From an uncultured delta proteobacterium (GTDB taxonomy: Bacteria > Myxococcota_A > Polyangia > Polyangiales > B10-G4), in the NCBI GenBank assembly GCA_963727445.1, contig CAVSGI010000017.1, positions 64,001 through 128,000 on the forward strand: 64,000 nt of DNA. The letters are read 5' to 3'. Positions 52,789-64,000 of the stretch are shown piece after piece (the first letter of the stretch is position 1; each line of letters begins with the position of its first letter). The translations under genes and the position numbers were made by a program. The notes beneath the pieces are model-generated. The model did no database searches and was not told where the DNA came from. It worked only from the letters and a program-made list of their open reading frames with translations.

Positions 52789-54753
52789 ATGAGCCGCCGA
52801 GTTCTTCTACTCGACGACGACGAGAGCTTCCGGCGCATCGTCCGAGAAGCCCTCGAGGAAGCGGGGCTCGAGGTGATCGAGGCGATCAAGAGCCGCGATG
52901 CTCAGCGCATCATCGAAAACGACGCGCCCGACCTCGCGGTGGTGGACGGCCTTCTGCCAGACGAAAACGGCTTCGACCTGATCGCGCGCCTTCGCAGCCA
53001 GGGCAACCGCATCCCCATCGTCTTCGTCTCGGCCTTCTGGCGTGACATCGAGTCCTACAAACGGCTCACCCGCGAGCTCGACGTCGCGCTGGTGATGCAC
53101 AAGCCCCTCGACGCCAAGCGCCTGGCAGATCGCGTCGCCGTACTCCTGCGCAAGCGAAAGGCCCGCTCCTCGGAGCCGCGGATGACCCTGCCCTACGCAT
53201 CGCCGGACATCGTTCGTGACTATGCCCGTCAGCTGCCAGCGCGCCTCGAGGAGCTCAGAAATGCCATCGCCAGGCTGGCGGACGACTCCGAAGACGAAGA
53301 CGCGCGCTTCGCGGTTCGCCGCATTGCCCACAAGCTTCGCGGCAGCGCGGGCTCCTACGGCTACGAGGAGGTCGCGGACGTCGCGGGGCGCATCGACGAC
53401 GGGCTGGCGAAGGGAGAGCTGCCGGCTCCGGAGGAGGACCAGACGCTGGCGAAGCTCGCGAAGAGGTATCGCGAAGCCGAGGACCCGGAGGCCAACGATC
53501 CGCTTCTCCCACCACAGGTCGTCGACCGCCCGCTGATCCTGGTGGTGGACGACGACACCATGTTCCTCGAGGACGTGGTCGACATCGCCGAGGCGCACCT
53601 GATCGATCTGCAGGTCGCGAGCAGCCTCGATGACGCGCTGAAGCTCGCGGAGGCGGAGATGCCCGACGTGGCCTTCGTCGGCATGCCGCTGGGCGAGCCG
53701 GACCAGAGCCTGGTCCTGGTGAGCGCCCTGCGGAGCCAGCACCATTCCCTTCCCGTCGCCGTGATCGGCCTCGAGGAGAGCACCGAGGTGCGGACGGCGG
53801 CCGCGCGCGCCGGCTCCACCCTCTTCCTCTCCCATCCCGTGGACGCCGATGCCCTCGGACACGCGGTCTCCCGTTTGCGACGCCGCGATCCCGAGGGCCC
53901 CGATGCTGACGTGGTGGTGGCCGTGAGCGAGGACGACGTGCTTCGCGGTCGGCTCTCGAACCTCGAAGGGGAAGGGATCGCGCTCACCCACGCGAGCGCC
54001 GCGGAGGCCCTGGCCGCGCTCGACCGCAATCGCCCGGACGTGGTGCTTGTCGACGCCATGGTGGGGGCCTACCCGGGCGCCGAGCTCTGCCAGATGCTCC
54101 GCGCGACGCTCCACTACGCGGAGATCCCCATCCTGCTCTTCGCCCCCGGCGGGACGGCGGCGGAACGAACCGCAGCCCTCGAAGCCGGCGCGGACGACGT
54201 GCTCAGCAAGAAGGACATCGTCGGTGAGTGGGCCCGCCGGATTCACCTCGGCGCCCGGGCGGCGCGCCGTCGGCCCGTCGCGGCGGTCGACTCCGTCACC
54301 CACCTGCCGGGAAGGGGGCCCACCATGTCGGCGCTCGCCATCAAGCTCGACGAGGCGCGACGGCACGGACGGAACTTCGTCCTGGCGCTGATCGACGTCG
54401 ACGGGCTCGCGGAGGTCAACGTGGAGCACGGCCGGAGCGCAGGCGACCGGATCCTGGTCTCCCTCGCCTCCGCCCTGAGGAGCCGCTTTCGTTCGGAGGA
54501 CGTCCGCGGCCGCCTGGGCCCCGACGAGCTCGTCGTGGGCTTCAGCGACGCGGACCCGAAGGTCGCAGACGTCCTGTCGCGGGTGCAGCGCACCTTCGCC
54601 AGCCTCGAGCTGACCGCGCCCTCTGGGGAGAGCTACGGCGCGACCTTCAGCATCGGGGTCGCGACCTTCCCGCGCGACGGCAAGTCGGTCCCGGCCCTCG
54701 TCGCCGCGGCCGAAGCGCGACTGCTCTCCGACCGCGAGCGCGAAGAGAGCTGA
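52789..54753 (+). CDS. REC-Hpt-REC-REC-GGDEF(degenerate) regulator
   Basis: LLLDDD..VVDGLLPD; AHKLRGSAGSYG; GRLGPDEL with RSED I-site. Confidence 0.9.
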   Translation: MSRRVLLLDDDESFRRIVREALEEAGLEVIEAIKSRDAQRIIENDAPDLAVVDGLLPDENGFDLIARLRSQGNRIPIVFVSAFWRDIESYKRLTRELDVALVMHKPLDAKRLADRVAVLLRKRKARSSEPRMTLPYASPDIVRDYARQLPARLEELRNAIARLADDSEDEDARFAVRRIAHKLRGSAGSYGYEEVADVAGRIDDGLAKGELPAPEEDQTLAKLAKRYREAEDPEANDPLLPPQVVDRPLILVVDDDTMFLEDVVDIAEAHLIDLQVASSLDDALKLAEAEMPDVAFVGMPLGEPDQSLVLVSALRSQHHSLPVAVIGLEESTEVRTAAARAGSTLFLSHPVDADALGHAVSRLRRRDPEGPDADVVVAVSEDDVLRGRLSNLEGEGIALTHASAAEALAALDRNRPDVVLVDAMVGAYPGAELCQMLRATLHYAEIPILLFAPGGTAAERTAALEAGADDVLSKKDIVGEWARRIHLGARAARRRPVAAVDSVTHLPGRGPTMSALAIKLDEARRHGRNFVLALIDVDGLAEVNVEHGRSAGDRILVSLASALRSRFRSEDVRGRLGPDELVVGFSDADPKVADVLSRVQRTFASLELTAPSGESYGATFSIGVATFPRDGKSVPALVAAAEARLLSDREREES

Positions 54754-54757
54754 GGGC

Positions 54758-55135
54758 TCAGTGCACGTGCTCGTGGGCGGGCGCCGTTTGAACGGCGTCC
54801 TCGGGCAATGGCAGGAGCTGAAACTCGGTGGCGAGGAAATAGGTGTCGTAGAGGGTCCCGGAGACGCGGGCGTCCCTCAGGGTGCTGCACATTCCGCCGG
54901 GGCCGTGGGCGTCGTGCTCCGCGTCCGAGGGGAGCGCGTCGCCCCGCACCATCACCTGCTTGTCGTCGAAGCGCGCCGCCCAGAAGCAATCGGTGCGCCC
55001 CTCCATGCGCATCTGGCACATGCCGCAGCCCACTTGGACGATCTGACCGTCGATCTCCTTGCCCCCGTCGCCGCAGCCGAGAGCCGCGACGACGAAGGCG
55101 AGGGTGACGAGGGTGAGGTGCTTGAGGGGGGTCAC
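54758..55135 (-). CDS. Small lipoprotein, DUF6370-like
   Basis: ALGC lipobox; GCGMCQ...C...HDAHGPGGMC...VSG...F.ATEF; HEHVH tail. Confidence 0.7.
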   Translation of the reverse strand: MTPLKHLTLVTLAFVVAALGCGDGGKEIDGQIVQVGCGMCQMRMEGRTDCFWAARFDDKQVMVRGDALPSDAEHDAHGPGGMCSTLRDARVSGTLYDTYFLATEFQLLPLPEDAVQTAPAHEHVH

Positions 55136-55146
55136 TTTGCGCCGCG

Positions 55147-57108
55147 CTACGGAACGGTCGGGATGTCGTACCGCATCGAGTAGTTCATCCCGCTTCCGCC
55201 GGTGCCGCGCGAGTCGATGAAGACCGCGTTGACGCCGCGATTGACCGACGTCGCCGAGATACGCGAGCCGAAGTTGGCCGAGTCCCCGCCCGTGCCCTGG
55301 CAGTTCATGGTGAAGGGGCCGTCGTCGTTGCACGCCACCTCGGATCCGTCCTCGCCGCTGTGCACGTACATGACCGGATCGTAGTAGTCGGTGCCGTTGG
55401 CCCGCTCGTAGGTGCCGCCGTCGGCAGCGCAGAGGCTCAACAGATTGACGTCCTCTCCGCAGCTCGCGAACCAGCGCATGTCCTCGCCGGAGCGGGAGCT
55501 GAAGCCGCCGGCGCACATGTCCATGGCCTCGCTGGTGCCGACGAGCACGGTGTTGGTGGTGGTCCCGACGCCGTCGAGGCGGGCGCCGTAGAGGAACCCG
55601 GTGTCCGGCAGGAACTGGACGTGCAGCGTGAAGCTGCCGGTGGAGACGGTGGAGAAGCCGCCGACAGAGATGTAGTAGGTGCCCGCCCCCAACGAGCCGC
55701 CAGCGCAGGACTGGAGCGCCGAGGTGAAGTCGCCGCGTCCGCCACAGCAGTCGTCGTTGCACAGGCCGGGGTTGGTGGTGGTGCCGCCGTAAACCGAGAC
55801 GGCCGCGCCGGAATCGTCGGTCACGAAGATGGCCGTGTCGTACATCGAGTCGGCGGTGTCGATCCAGAGCACGCCCCGCGAGGGGAGCGTGACGCTGTAC
55901 CAGACGTTGGGGCCGTTGGCCGCGCAGCCGCTGATGGTCGGGCCGTCGCGCGTCGCGTCGACGTTGCTGCCCATCACCGTCGCCTCGCTGCCGTCGGTGG
56001 GGAGCATCACAGCGACCGCGTCGGTACGATCGTCGTTGGCGGGGCGGCATACGCCACCACCACAGCTCTCACCCATGGCGCACGCCGTGCCGCAGTCGCC
56101 GCAGTGCGCGTCATCGGTGGCGAGGTCCGCGCAGTCGCTCCCGCAAAGGACCGAGCCCATGCCGCAGGCCGCGGTGCAGGTACCGCCGACGCAGGTCTCC
56201 GAAGGCGTCGAGCAGCTCGTGCCGCAAGTGCCGCAGTTCGCGTTGTCGACGTCGGTGTTCACACAGGTGCCCGAGCAGTCGGTGAGGCCGCCGGGGCACA
56301 CACAGGCGCCGTCCATACAGGCCTGACCCGTGGGACACGCCATCCCGCAGGAGCCGCAGTTCATGGCGTCGGTCATGACGTTCACGCACGAGCCACTGCA
56401 GTCGGTGGTGTCCATGGGACACTGGCACGCGCCGGAGACACAGCTCTGACCCGCGGGGCAGGCCATGCCGCACGTGCCGCAGTGCTCGCTGCTGGTCATC
56501 AGGTCGACGCAGATGGTCCGCATCCCCATGCCCATCTCGTCCATGACCTCACAGGCGCTCTCGCCCGAGGGGCAGGCGGACACGCACGATCCACCGCTGC
56601 ACATCTCGTCGGTCGCGCATGTGGTGCCGCAGGTGCCGCAGTTGCCGCTGTCGGTCTGGGTGTCGGTGCACGCCGCACCGCAGCGCTCCTGTCCCGCGGG
56701 GCAGGTCTCCGGCTGGCAGGCGCCGTCCATGCAGCTCTCGCCGACGTCGCAGGCGTTGCCGCAACGACCGCAGTGCTCGTCGCTGGTGAGCTCGATGCAG
56801 CCCGCACCGCAGTCGTCCTGGCCTGCCGGGCAGGTCATGGCCGTCTGGCACATGCCGTCGCTGCAGGTCTGGTCGGCCGCGCAGGCATTGCCGCAGGCAC
56901 CACAGTGCGCCGGGTTGCTGTTCAACAGGACGCAGGAGCCGGCGCAGTTGGTCCGGCCTGGCGAGCACGATCCGGGTGTCCCGGTGTCGCGCATGATCGA
57001 GGTGTCGCGGACACCGCTGTCGAGGGGCGGCGGGGGGGTCCCGTCGTTTGCACACCCTGAAGCGATGAAGAGCGCCAGAAGCGCGATCCAAGAAAAGCTT
57101 CTCATCAT
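55147..57108 (-). CDS. Cys-rich (Stig1/MXAN_6577-like) repeat lipoprotein with C-terminal PPC-like domains
   Basis: ASGC lipobox; about 7 CxDxxxDxx(N/H)CGxCG repeats; CNDD motifs. Confidence 0.88.
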   Translation of the reverse strand: MMRSFSWIALLALFIASGCANDGTPPPPLDSGVRDTSIMRDTGTPGSCSPGRTNCAGSCVLLNSNPAHCGACGNACAADQTCSDGMCQTAMTCPAGQDDCGAGCIELTSDEHCGRCGNACDVGESCMDGACQPETCPAGQERCGAACTDTQTDSGNCGTCGTTCATDEMCSGGSCVSACPSGESACEVMDEMGMGMRTICVDLMTSSEHCGTCGMACPAGQSCVSGACQCPMDTTDCSGSCVNVMTDAMNCGSCGMACPTGQACMDGACVCPGGLTDCSGTCVNTDVDNANCGTCGTSCSTPSETCVGGTCTAACGMGSVLCGSDCADLATDDAHCGDCGTACAMGESCGGGVCRPANDDRTDAVAVMLPTDGSEATVMGSNVDATRDGPTISGCAANGPNVWYSVTLPSRGVLWIDTADSMYDTAIFVTDDSGAAVSVYGGTTTNPGLCNDDCCGGRGDFTSALQSCAGGSLGAGTYYISVGGFSTVSTGSFTLHVQFLPDTGFLYGARLDGVGTTTNTVLVGTSEAMDMCAGGFSSRSGEDMRWFASCGEDVNLLSLCAADGGTYERANGTDYYDPVMYVHSGEDGSEVACNDDGPFTMNCQGTGGDSANFGSRISATSVNRGVNAVFIDSRGTGGSGMNYSMRYDIPTVP

Positions 57109-57252
57109 AATCCCTCCAGCCGCGAGGCGGCTGCTGACTCGGTCGCCGTCGGGGCACGAAGCTCCGGCGGGATAACCCCCGATAGATCGCAGACTTTACA
57201 CAATCCGCAAACGCTTTGCGGCCTACGGCCCGGCCGACCCCTACCTTCCCGT

Positions 57253-58021
57253 TCAGAATCGGCCGCTCAGGACCATTCCGCCCGGAACAATTGCCGAGAT
57301 CTGCGTCCGCCCCACCCTCTTCGTCGTCGCCCAGGAGATCGATCACGCCCCAGACCACGCCCCCCACGGTGATGACCGCGCCGACGATGATGAAGACGTT
57401 GGCCAGGGTGGCGAAGGAGGAGGCCTCGTCGTGGAGGTTCTTCGCGGTCACTTGCACCGGCTCCGTCTCGGCCTGCGAGGCGCGCGACTGGCTCATGGCG
57501 CCGAACACGCCGCCCACCGCCACCACAGCGAGCCCTGCGGCGGTGACGATCCAGGGAGCGGCGCTGACACCGCCGCCGCCTTCATCGGTCTCTTCTGACG
57601 CCTGGTCGTCGGCGGCGGCGATCTGCTCACTCGCGTCGTCGGGCTCCGACAGTTGATCGCGTTGCGCGCGCAGCGTCCTCAGGCGCGCCTCGACCGCGCC
57701 CCGATCTTCGGCGTCGGGCGCTTCCTCGATGTAGCGTTCGTAGTTCTCGATGGCGCCTTCGAGATCACCGTCGCCCTCGAGAGCGCGCGCGAGGTTGAAG
57801 AGCAGCAGCGGGTCCTGATGGAGCGCGTAGGCGCGCCGGAGCATCGCCGCCGCCTCGTCGAAGCGTCCCTCGTTGTAGGCGCCTTCGCTCTCTTCGAAGA
57901 GGAGCACGGCGCGCTGAAGGTCCGGATCCTCTTCTTCTTCCTGTGCACTTACTACACCCACCCACATGTGGCATGCGAGCATCCACGGGAGCATCAGGGC
58001 GGCGCGCTTCGAGATCGTCAC
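57253..58021 (-). CDS. Exported TPR protein with hydrophobic hairpin and GRF tail (apparent +1 frameshift ~57295)
   Basis: Signal peptide; TPR (LLFNLARALE..AIENYERY); ANVFIIVG; removing one G gives DLAIVPGGMVLSGRF-stop. Confidence 0.8.
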
Positions 58022-58050
58022 CGGCTCGGAGTGTACACTAGTAACGCTTC

Positions 58051-59727
<1,677 letters not shown>

Positions 59728-59788
59728 GCCGCCTCGGCAGGGCCGGAGCGTGGACGCGAAAGCGCCCCAGGGTGCCCTCGTGCCGGGC

Positions 59789-59816
59789 TTGACAAAACGA
59801 ACGTTCGTTCTATTCT
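59789..59816 (+). promoter_or_regulatory. Sigma70 promoter with overlapping TetR operator palindrome
   Basis: TTGACA-16-TATTCT; perfect palindrome AACGAACGTTCGTT at 59796..59809. Confidence 0.8.
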
Positions 59817-59823
59817 GTTCCTC

Positions 59824-60408
59824 ATGAGCAAGGGCGCCGAGACCCGCGACCTGATCTTGAGGAAGGCCCTCGACATGGCCAGCCTCGACGGGCTCGAGCA
59901 GCTCACCATCGGCTTGCTCGCGAAGACCGTGGGGATGAGCAAGAGCGGGCTCTTCGCGCACTTCAACTCCAAGGAACAACTACAACTTTCGGTGTTGGAG
60001 AAGGCGACCGAGCGCTTCGTTCGGGAGGTGGTGACCCCTGCACTTCGGGAGCCCCGCGGCGAGCCTCGGGTGCGTGCCCTCTTCGACAATTGGATCGGCT
60101 GGGAGGCCTCCTTCCCAGGCGGCTGCCCCTACCAGAGCGCGATGGTGGAGTTCAATCACAAGCCTGGAATCGTTCGGGATTACCTCCTCAAGACCCAAAA
60201 GGACTGGCTGGATGCGCTCCGCCAGGCCGCCCAGATCGCCATCGAAGAGGGGCACTTCTCCTCCGCGCTCGACCCCGAGGCCTTCGCTTTCCAGTTCAAC
60301 TGCCTTGCCCTCGGCTACTACCAGCACAAGCATTTCTTTCGGGATGGGACCTCGAAGGCCCGTACCCAGAAGGCGTTCGAAAACCTGCTCGAGAGCGCTC
60401 GGGCCTAG
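59824..60408 (+). CDS. TetR/AcrR family regulator
   Basis: TIGLLAKTVGMSKSGLFAHFNSKEQL; GGC. Confidence 0.95.
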   Translation: MSKGAETRDLILRKALDMASLDGLEQLTIGLLAKTVGMSKSGLFAHFNSKEQLQLSVLEKATERFVREVVTPALREPRGEPRVRALFDNWIGWEASFPGGCPYQSAMVEFNHKPGIVRDYLLKTQKDWLDALRQAAQIAIEEGHFSSALDPEAFAFQFNCLALGYYQHKHFFRDGTSKARTQKAFENLLESARA

Positions 60409-60416
60409 GAGAAGAG

Positions 60417-61307
60417 ATGGCGACCCTCACACCACCAGAGCCACGCCCAGAAAAAAGCACGAACGGTCGCTCTTTGACACTCCAGGCGCTGAAGTGGGGC
60501 AGTCGCCTCGCCGCGCCGATCGCGCCCGAGCTCACGGCGAATGCCCTGACCGATCTCTTCTGCACGCCGCGCTCACGGCCGCTGTCGAAGCGGCAGCGCG
60601 AGGTCCTCGGCGCGGCGCAGAGCTTTCGGGTCGAGCACGAAGGCCGCTTCCTCGACGCCTGGTCCTTCGGCCGCGGCCCCACGGTTGTGCTGGTGCACGG
60701 CTGGGCCGGCCGGGGGGCGCAGCTCCTGCCGTACGTGGCGCCCCTGACCGCCCACGGATATCGGGTCGTCCTCTTCGACGCGCCGGCGCATGGCGAGAGC
60801 GACGGACGGACGACCAACCTCGGTGACTTCTCCCGGTCGATCGCGAGCGTGCTCCGCACCCTGGGCGGCGCGCACGGGATCGTCGCGCACTCCATGGGCG
60901 GCGCAGCGACCGCGGTGGCGATGGCGCGCTATCTCGAGGCGCGGCCCGAGCGCCTGGTCTTCGTCGCGCCCCCGATCCACCCCAGCACCTGGATCGCACG
61001 CTTCCAACAGATGCTGAGTCTCGACGACGAGATGGTCGAGCGTCTCACCCGCGAGATCGAACGCCGCGCGCGCGTGCCCCTCGACGAGATCCACGGCGAC
61101 GTGATCGCTCGCGACATGAACACGCCGCTGCTCGTGATCCACGACCGCGAGGATCGCGAGGTGCCCTACGCGTCGGGGGAATCGATCGCCCGCGCCTGGC
61201 CCGGCGCAGAGCTGATCACCACCGAGGGCCTGGGCCACAACCGCATCCTGCGCGACCCCGCGATCATCGACGCCGCCGTGCGCTTCGTCGCCGGCACGAA
61301 CCGATAG
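60417..61307 (+). CDS. Alpha/beta hydrolase
   Basis: HGWAG, DAPAHG, AHSMG, HDREDREVP, GLGHNRIL. Confidence 0.93.
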   Translation: MATLTPPEPRPEKSTNGRSLTLQALKWGSRLAAPIAPELTANALTDLFCTPRSRPLSKRQREVLGAAQSFRVEHEGRFLDAWSFGRGPTVVLVHGWAGRGAQLLPYVAPLTAHGYRVVLFDAPAHGESDGRTTNLGDFSRSIASVLRTLGGAHGIVAHSMGGAATAVAMARYLEARPERLVFVAPPIHPSTWIARFQQMLSLDDEMVERLTREIERRARVPLDEIHGDVIARDMNTPLLVIHDREDREVPYASGESIARAWPGAELITTEGLGHNRILRDPAIIDAAVRFVAGTNR

Positions 61308-61318
61308 GAGAAGAGGCC

Positions 61319-61507
61319 ATGAACGAAAGCCGAAAGATCCGTGACCCACAGTTCGACGCGTTTTCCGAGGCCGCTGGCGCGGCCATCGAGGCGGCCCTCG
61401 ACGACATCGAGATCCCCTGGCCGCGCCTGAGCTTCCTGTCGGAAGTCCTCGGCCGAGTCGTGCCGAGGCCCGTGCTCAAGGAAGCGCTTCAGGTCGCGGA
61501 GGGCTGA
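61319..61507 (+). CDS. Small hypothetical protein
   Basis: GAGG RBS; follows hydrolase in the same orientation. Confidence 0.45.
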   Translation: MNESRKIRDPQFDAFSEAAGAAIEAALDDIEIPWPRLSFLSEVLGRVVPRPVLKEALQVAEG

Positions 61508-63153
61508 TCGCTCATCAGGGCGCGGTAGGCCATCTGATCGTCGTACATCCGCTGGAAGACCCGCTGCTTCCGCTCGTGGAAGGCGCGGACCTCTCCGCCC
61601 GCGGGCTCGATGGTCTCGCCGGCGGCGTTCATCGCGCCCATGGCGTCGATCACCGATTCGAAATCGCCCGCAGCGACCGCGCCCAGGATGGCCGAGCCGA
61701 GGAGCACCGCCTCCTGCTCGCGCGGCAGCACGATTCGGCAGCCGGTGGCGTCGGCGTGCTCGCGGAGGAAGACGGGATTTTTCGCGTCCCCGCCGGTGGC
61801 GATCAGGGTGTCGATGCGGTGCCCGGCAGCGTTCATCGCCTCGATGATGTGACGCGTGCCGTGGGCGATGCCCTGAATCGTCGCCAGGTACTGGAGCGCG
61901 AGGGAATCGATGGTGTCCCAGAGGGACAGGCCGGTCACCATGGCGCGGAGCGTCGGGTCCGCGCGTGGGCTGCGGTTGCCGTGGAAGTACGGCAGGACGT
62001 GCATGTCGCGGGTGAGCGCCGCCGGAAACGGAACACCCTCCTTCGCCGCCAGCTGGTCCAGGCGATCGTTGAGCAGCGCGTACACGTTCGTTCCGCGCTC
62101 GTCGGCAAGCGCCGCGAGCTCGGCGCCGCGCGCGTGGGAGAGGATGATGTGATCGATCGCGGCGCCCGTGGCCGACTGGCCACCTTCGGTGAGCCAGAGC
62201 CCGGGAACCATCGCCGAGAAGTAGGGTCCCCAGACGCCGTCGACGTAGCGCGGCTCACGGCTCACGGCCATGTGGCAGCTCGACGTGCCGCCGATGAGCG
62301 CGAGGCGACGCTCGAGGTCCTCCGCGGTCGGCGCGCGGCCCTCGAGGGGCGCACCGAGCACGCCGACGCCGCCTGCGTGGGCGTCGATGATGGAGACCGC
62401 CACCGGCGTACCCGCCGCGAGACCGAGCGCTTTGGCGCCTTTCTCGGTGAGGTCGCCGGCCTTTTCCCCCATCGGGCGCACGTTCGCGCCGATACGGCGG
62501 TGCCCATCCGACGCGAGGTCGCCGAGACCGATCGCCGCGAAGTAGGCGTCGTCCCAGCGGCCGCCCTCCCCTTCGTGACCCAGATAGGTCCACTTGCAGA
62601 CGGTGGTGCAAAGCGAGCGCACGTCGCGGCCGGTGGCCTGGTAGACCAGGAAGTCGGGCAGATCGAGAAAGCGCGCCGTGCGCTTCCAGGTGTCGGGCAG
62701 GTTCTCCTTGAGCCACAGGAGCTTCGGCGTCTGCATCTCCGGTGAGATCACGCCGCCGACGTAACGCAGCACGTCGTGTCCGCCCGCGTTGATCCGCTCG
62801 GCCTGCGCGACGGCGCGGTGGTCCATCCAGACGACGACGTTCTGCGCGTCCTCGCCGCTCGGGCTGATGGTGACCGGGCGGTCCTCGGCGTCCAGCGCAA
62901 CCAGCGAGCAGGTCGCGTCGAAGCCGATCCCCGCCACGTCCTCGGGCGAGACGCCGGCTTCGATGAGGGCGAGACGCACCGCCTGTCCGCAGGCCTGCCA
63001 GATGTCCTCGGAGGACTGCTCGACGTAGTCGTGCTCCGGGCGCCACATGTCGATCTCGCGGCTGCCCATGCCGACCAGGCGGCCCTCGGCGTCGAAGACG
63101 CCGGCGCGCGCGCTGCCGGTCCCGACGTCGATCCCGACGTAATGGCCGCTCAC
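61489..63153 (-). CDS. FGGY-family pentulose kinase (D-ribulokinase-like)
   Basis: [51 protein letters not shown]. Confidence 0.95.
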   Translation of the reverse strand: MSGHYVGIDVGTGSARAGVFDAEGRLVGMGSREIDMWRPEHDYVEQSSEDIWQACGQAVRLALIEAGVSPEDVAGIGFDATCSLVALDAEDRPVTISPSGEDAQNVVVWMDHRAVAQAERINAGGHDVLRYVGGVISPEMQTPKLLWLKENLPDTWKRTARFLDLPDFLVYQATGRDVRSLCTTVCKWTYLGHEGEGGRWDDAYFAAIGLGDLASDGHRRIGANVRPMGEKAGDLTEKGAKALGLAAGTPVAVSIIDAHAGGVGVLGAPLEGRAPTAEDLERRLALIGGTSSCHMAVSREPRYVDGVWGPYFSAMVPGLWLTEGGQSATGAAIDHIILSHARGAELAALADERGTNVYALLNDRLDQLAAKEGVPFPAALTRDMHVLPYFHGNRSPRADPTLRAMVTGLSLWDTIDSLALQYLATIQGIAHGTRHIIEAMNAAGHRIDTLIATGGDAKNPVFLREHADATGCRIVLPREQEAVLLGSAILGAVAAGDFESVIDAMGAMNAAGETIEPAGGEVRAFHERKQRVFQRMYDDQMAYRALMSDQPSAT

Positions 63154-64000
63154 TTGGATGCCCCAGTTCTGTCCTCGAGTATGCGCACGGCGAATCCCAT
63201 CTCCTGCGATAGCGCCACCATCTCCTCGAAGACGTCGCCGTAGGCGACGGCGACGTGGTTCGACAGATAGTGCGCCATCAGCGTGTCCCGGCCGATGCCC
63301 ATGTCGGCCGCCATGAAGGGCCACTGCCGGGTGGTGCCCTCCCACCAGGCGTCACGCACCTCGGCGGGGAGCTTCACGACCTCGCCGCGCCCGATGTCCA
63401 TCCACAGCCGGCCGCCGCGGATGTAGGCGCGCGCCCAGGTCATCTTCCCCGGCAGGCTCTCGCCGGCGAAGGTGCCCCCCGGCGTCGGGAAGTAGAGCGA
63501 CGGCTGCCGGTAGCTGTGCGCGCCCTTCAGGGTGTCGGGGTCGTGATTGAAGGCGTAGGCGCCGCAGCTACCACTGTTGAGCAGGACCCAGAGGAAGCGT
63601 CCGTCGTGCTCGGCGCCCCAGCGCACGTCGTGGAACATCACCGCCTGGTGCAGGCCCTTCTTCTTCAGCAGGCGCTTGAGCATCTCCATCGGAACGACGT
63701 TGCCCTGGTCGGCCTCGGTGGCGGTGGCCACCGTGTCGCCGTTCGACTCGGGGCGGCAGGTCGAGTTCAAGAGGCCCTCGGCGAAGTCGCTCGGCGGCCT
63801 GAGGGGGATCAGCCCGAGCTGGTACTGCCAGCCGAGGCAATCGGCGCGGAACTCCTCGAGCATGTCCTTGACCACCAGGTAGTCGCGCAGCTGCTCACGG
63901 GTCGCGTCTTCGTCGAAGTCGTCTGCGCCGTCCTCGCCCCAGTGGAACGTGACGCCCTTTTCCTTCACGAATGAGAGCGCCTGGTCGATCCTCGTATCGG
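63150..64000 (-). CDS. L-fucose/L-arabinose isomerase-like protein, C-terminal part
   Basis: [23 protein letters not shown]; 4-bp overlap with sugar kinase. Confidence 0.7.
   Translation of the reverse strand, partial: DTRIDQALSFVKEKGVTFHWGEDGADDFDEDATREQLRDYLVVKDMLEEFRADCLGWQYQLGLIPLRPPSDFAEGLLNSTCRPESNGDTVATATEADQGNVVPMEMLKRLLKKKGLHQAVMFHDVRWGAEHDGRFLWVLLNSGSCGAYAFNHDPDTLKGAHSYRQPSLYFPTPGGTFAGESLPGKMTWARAYIRGGRLWMDIGRGEVVKLPAEVRDAWWEGTTRQWPFMAADMGIGRDTLMAHYLSNHVAVAYGDVFEEMVALSQEMGFAVRILEDRTGASK

Overview
Very GC-rich bacterial DNA. Gene content (eukaryote-like Ser/Thr kinases, FHA- and GAF-sigma54 activators, many Cys-rich lipoproteins, MYXO-CTERM-like tails) points to Myxococcota, probably Polyangiales; this is an inference. 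About 58 CDS are supported, mostly exported or lipoproteins. Highlights: (1) three related modules of a signal-peptide protein with a conserved hydrophobic hairpin and G-x-F/L tail, a Cys-rich lipoprotein and a membrane Ser/Thr kinase; two of them mirror each other around an FHA-sigma54 activator and an Ig-repeat lipoprotein. (2) A ~1.3 kb RelE/ParE toxin-antitoxin plus lipoprotein islet bounded by repeated hairpin and tRNA-Glu-3'-end units, next to a Y-shaped nested palindrome. (3) A stand-alone fusA with about 20 indels that look like a consensus artefact. (4) Many probable leaderless promoters and three sigma54 promoters. Five other isolated 1-bp insertions in four genes are probably sequencing errors. 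No rRNA, complete tRNA, CRISPR array or transposase was seen. Family assignments are from motif recognition only; no searches were run.
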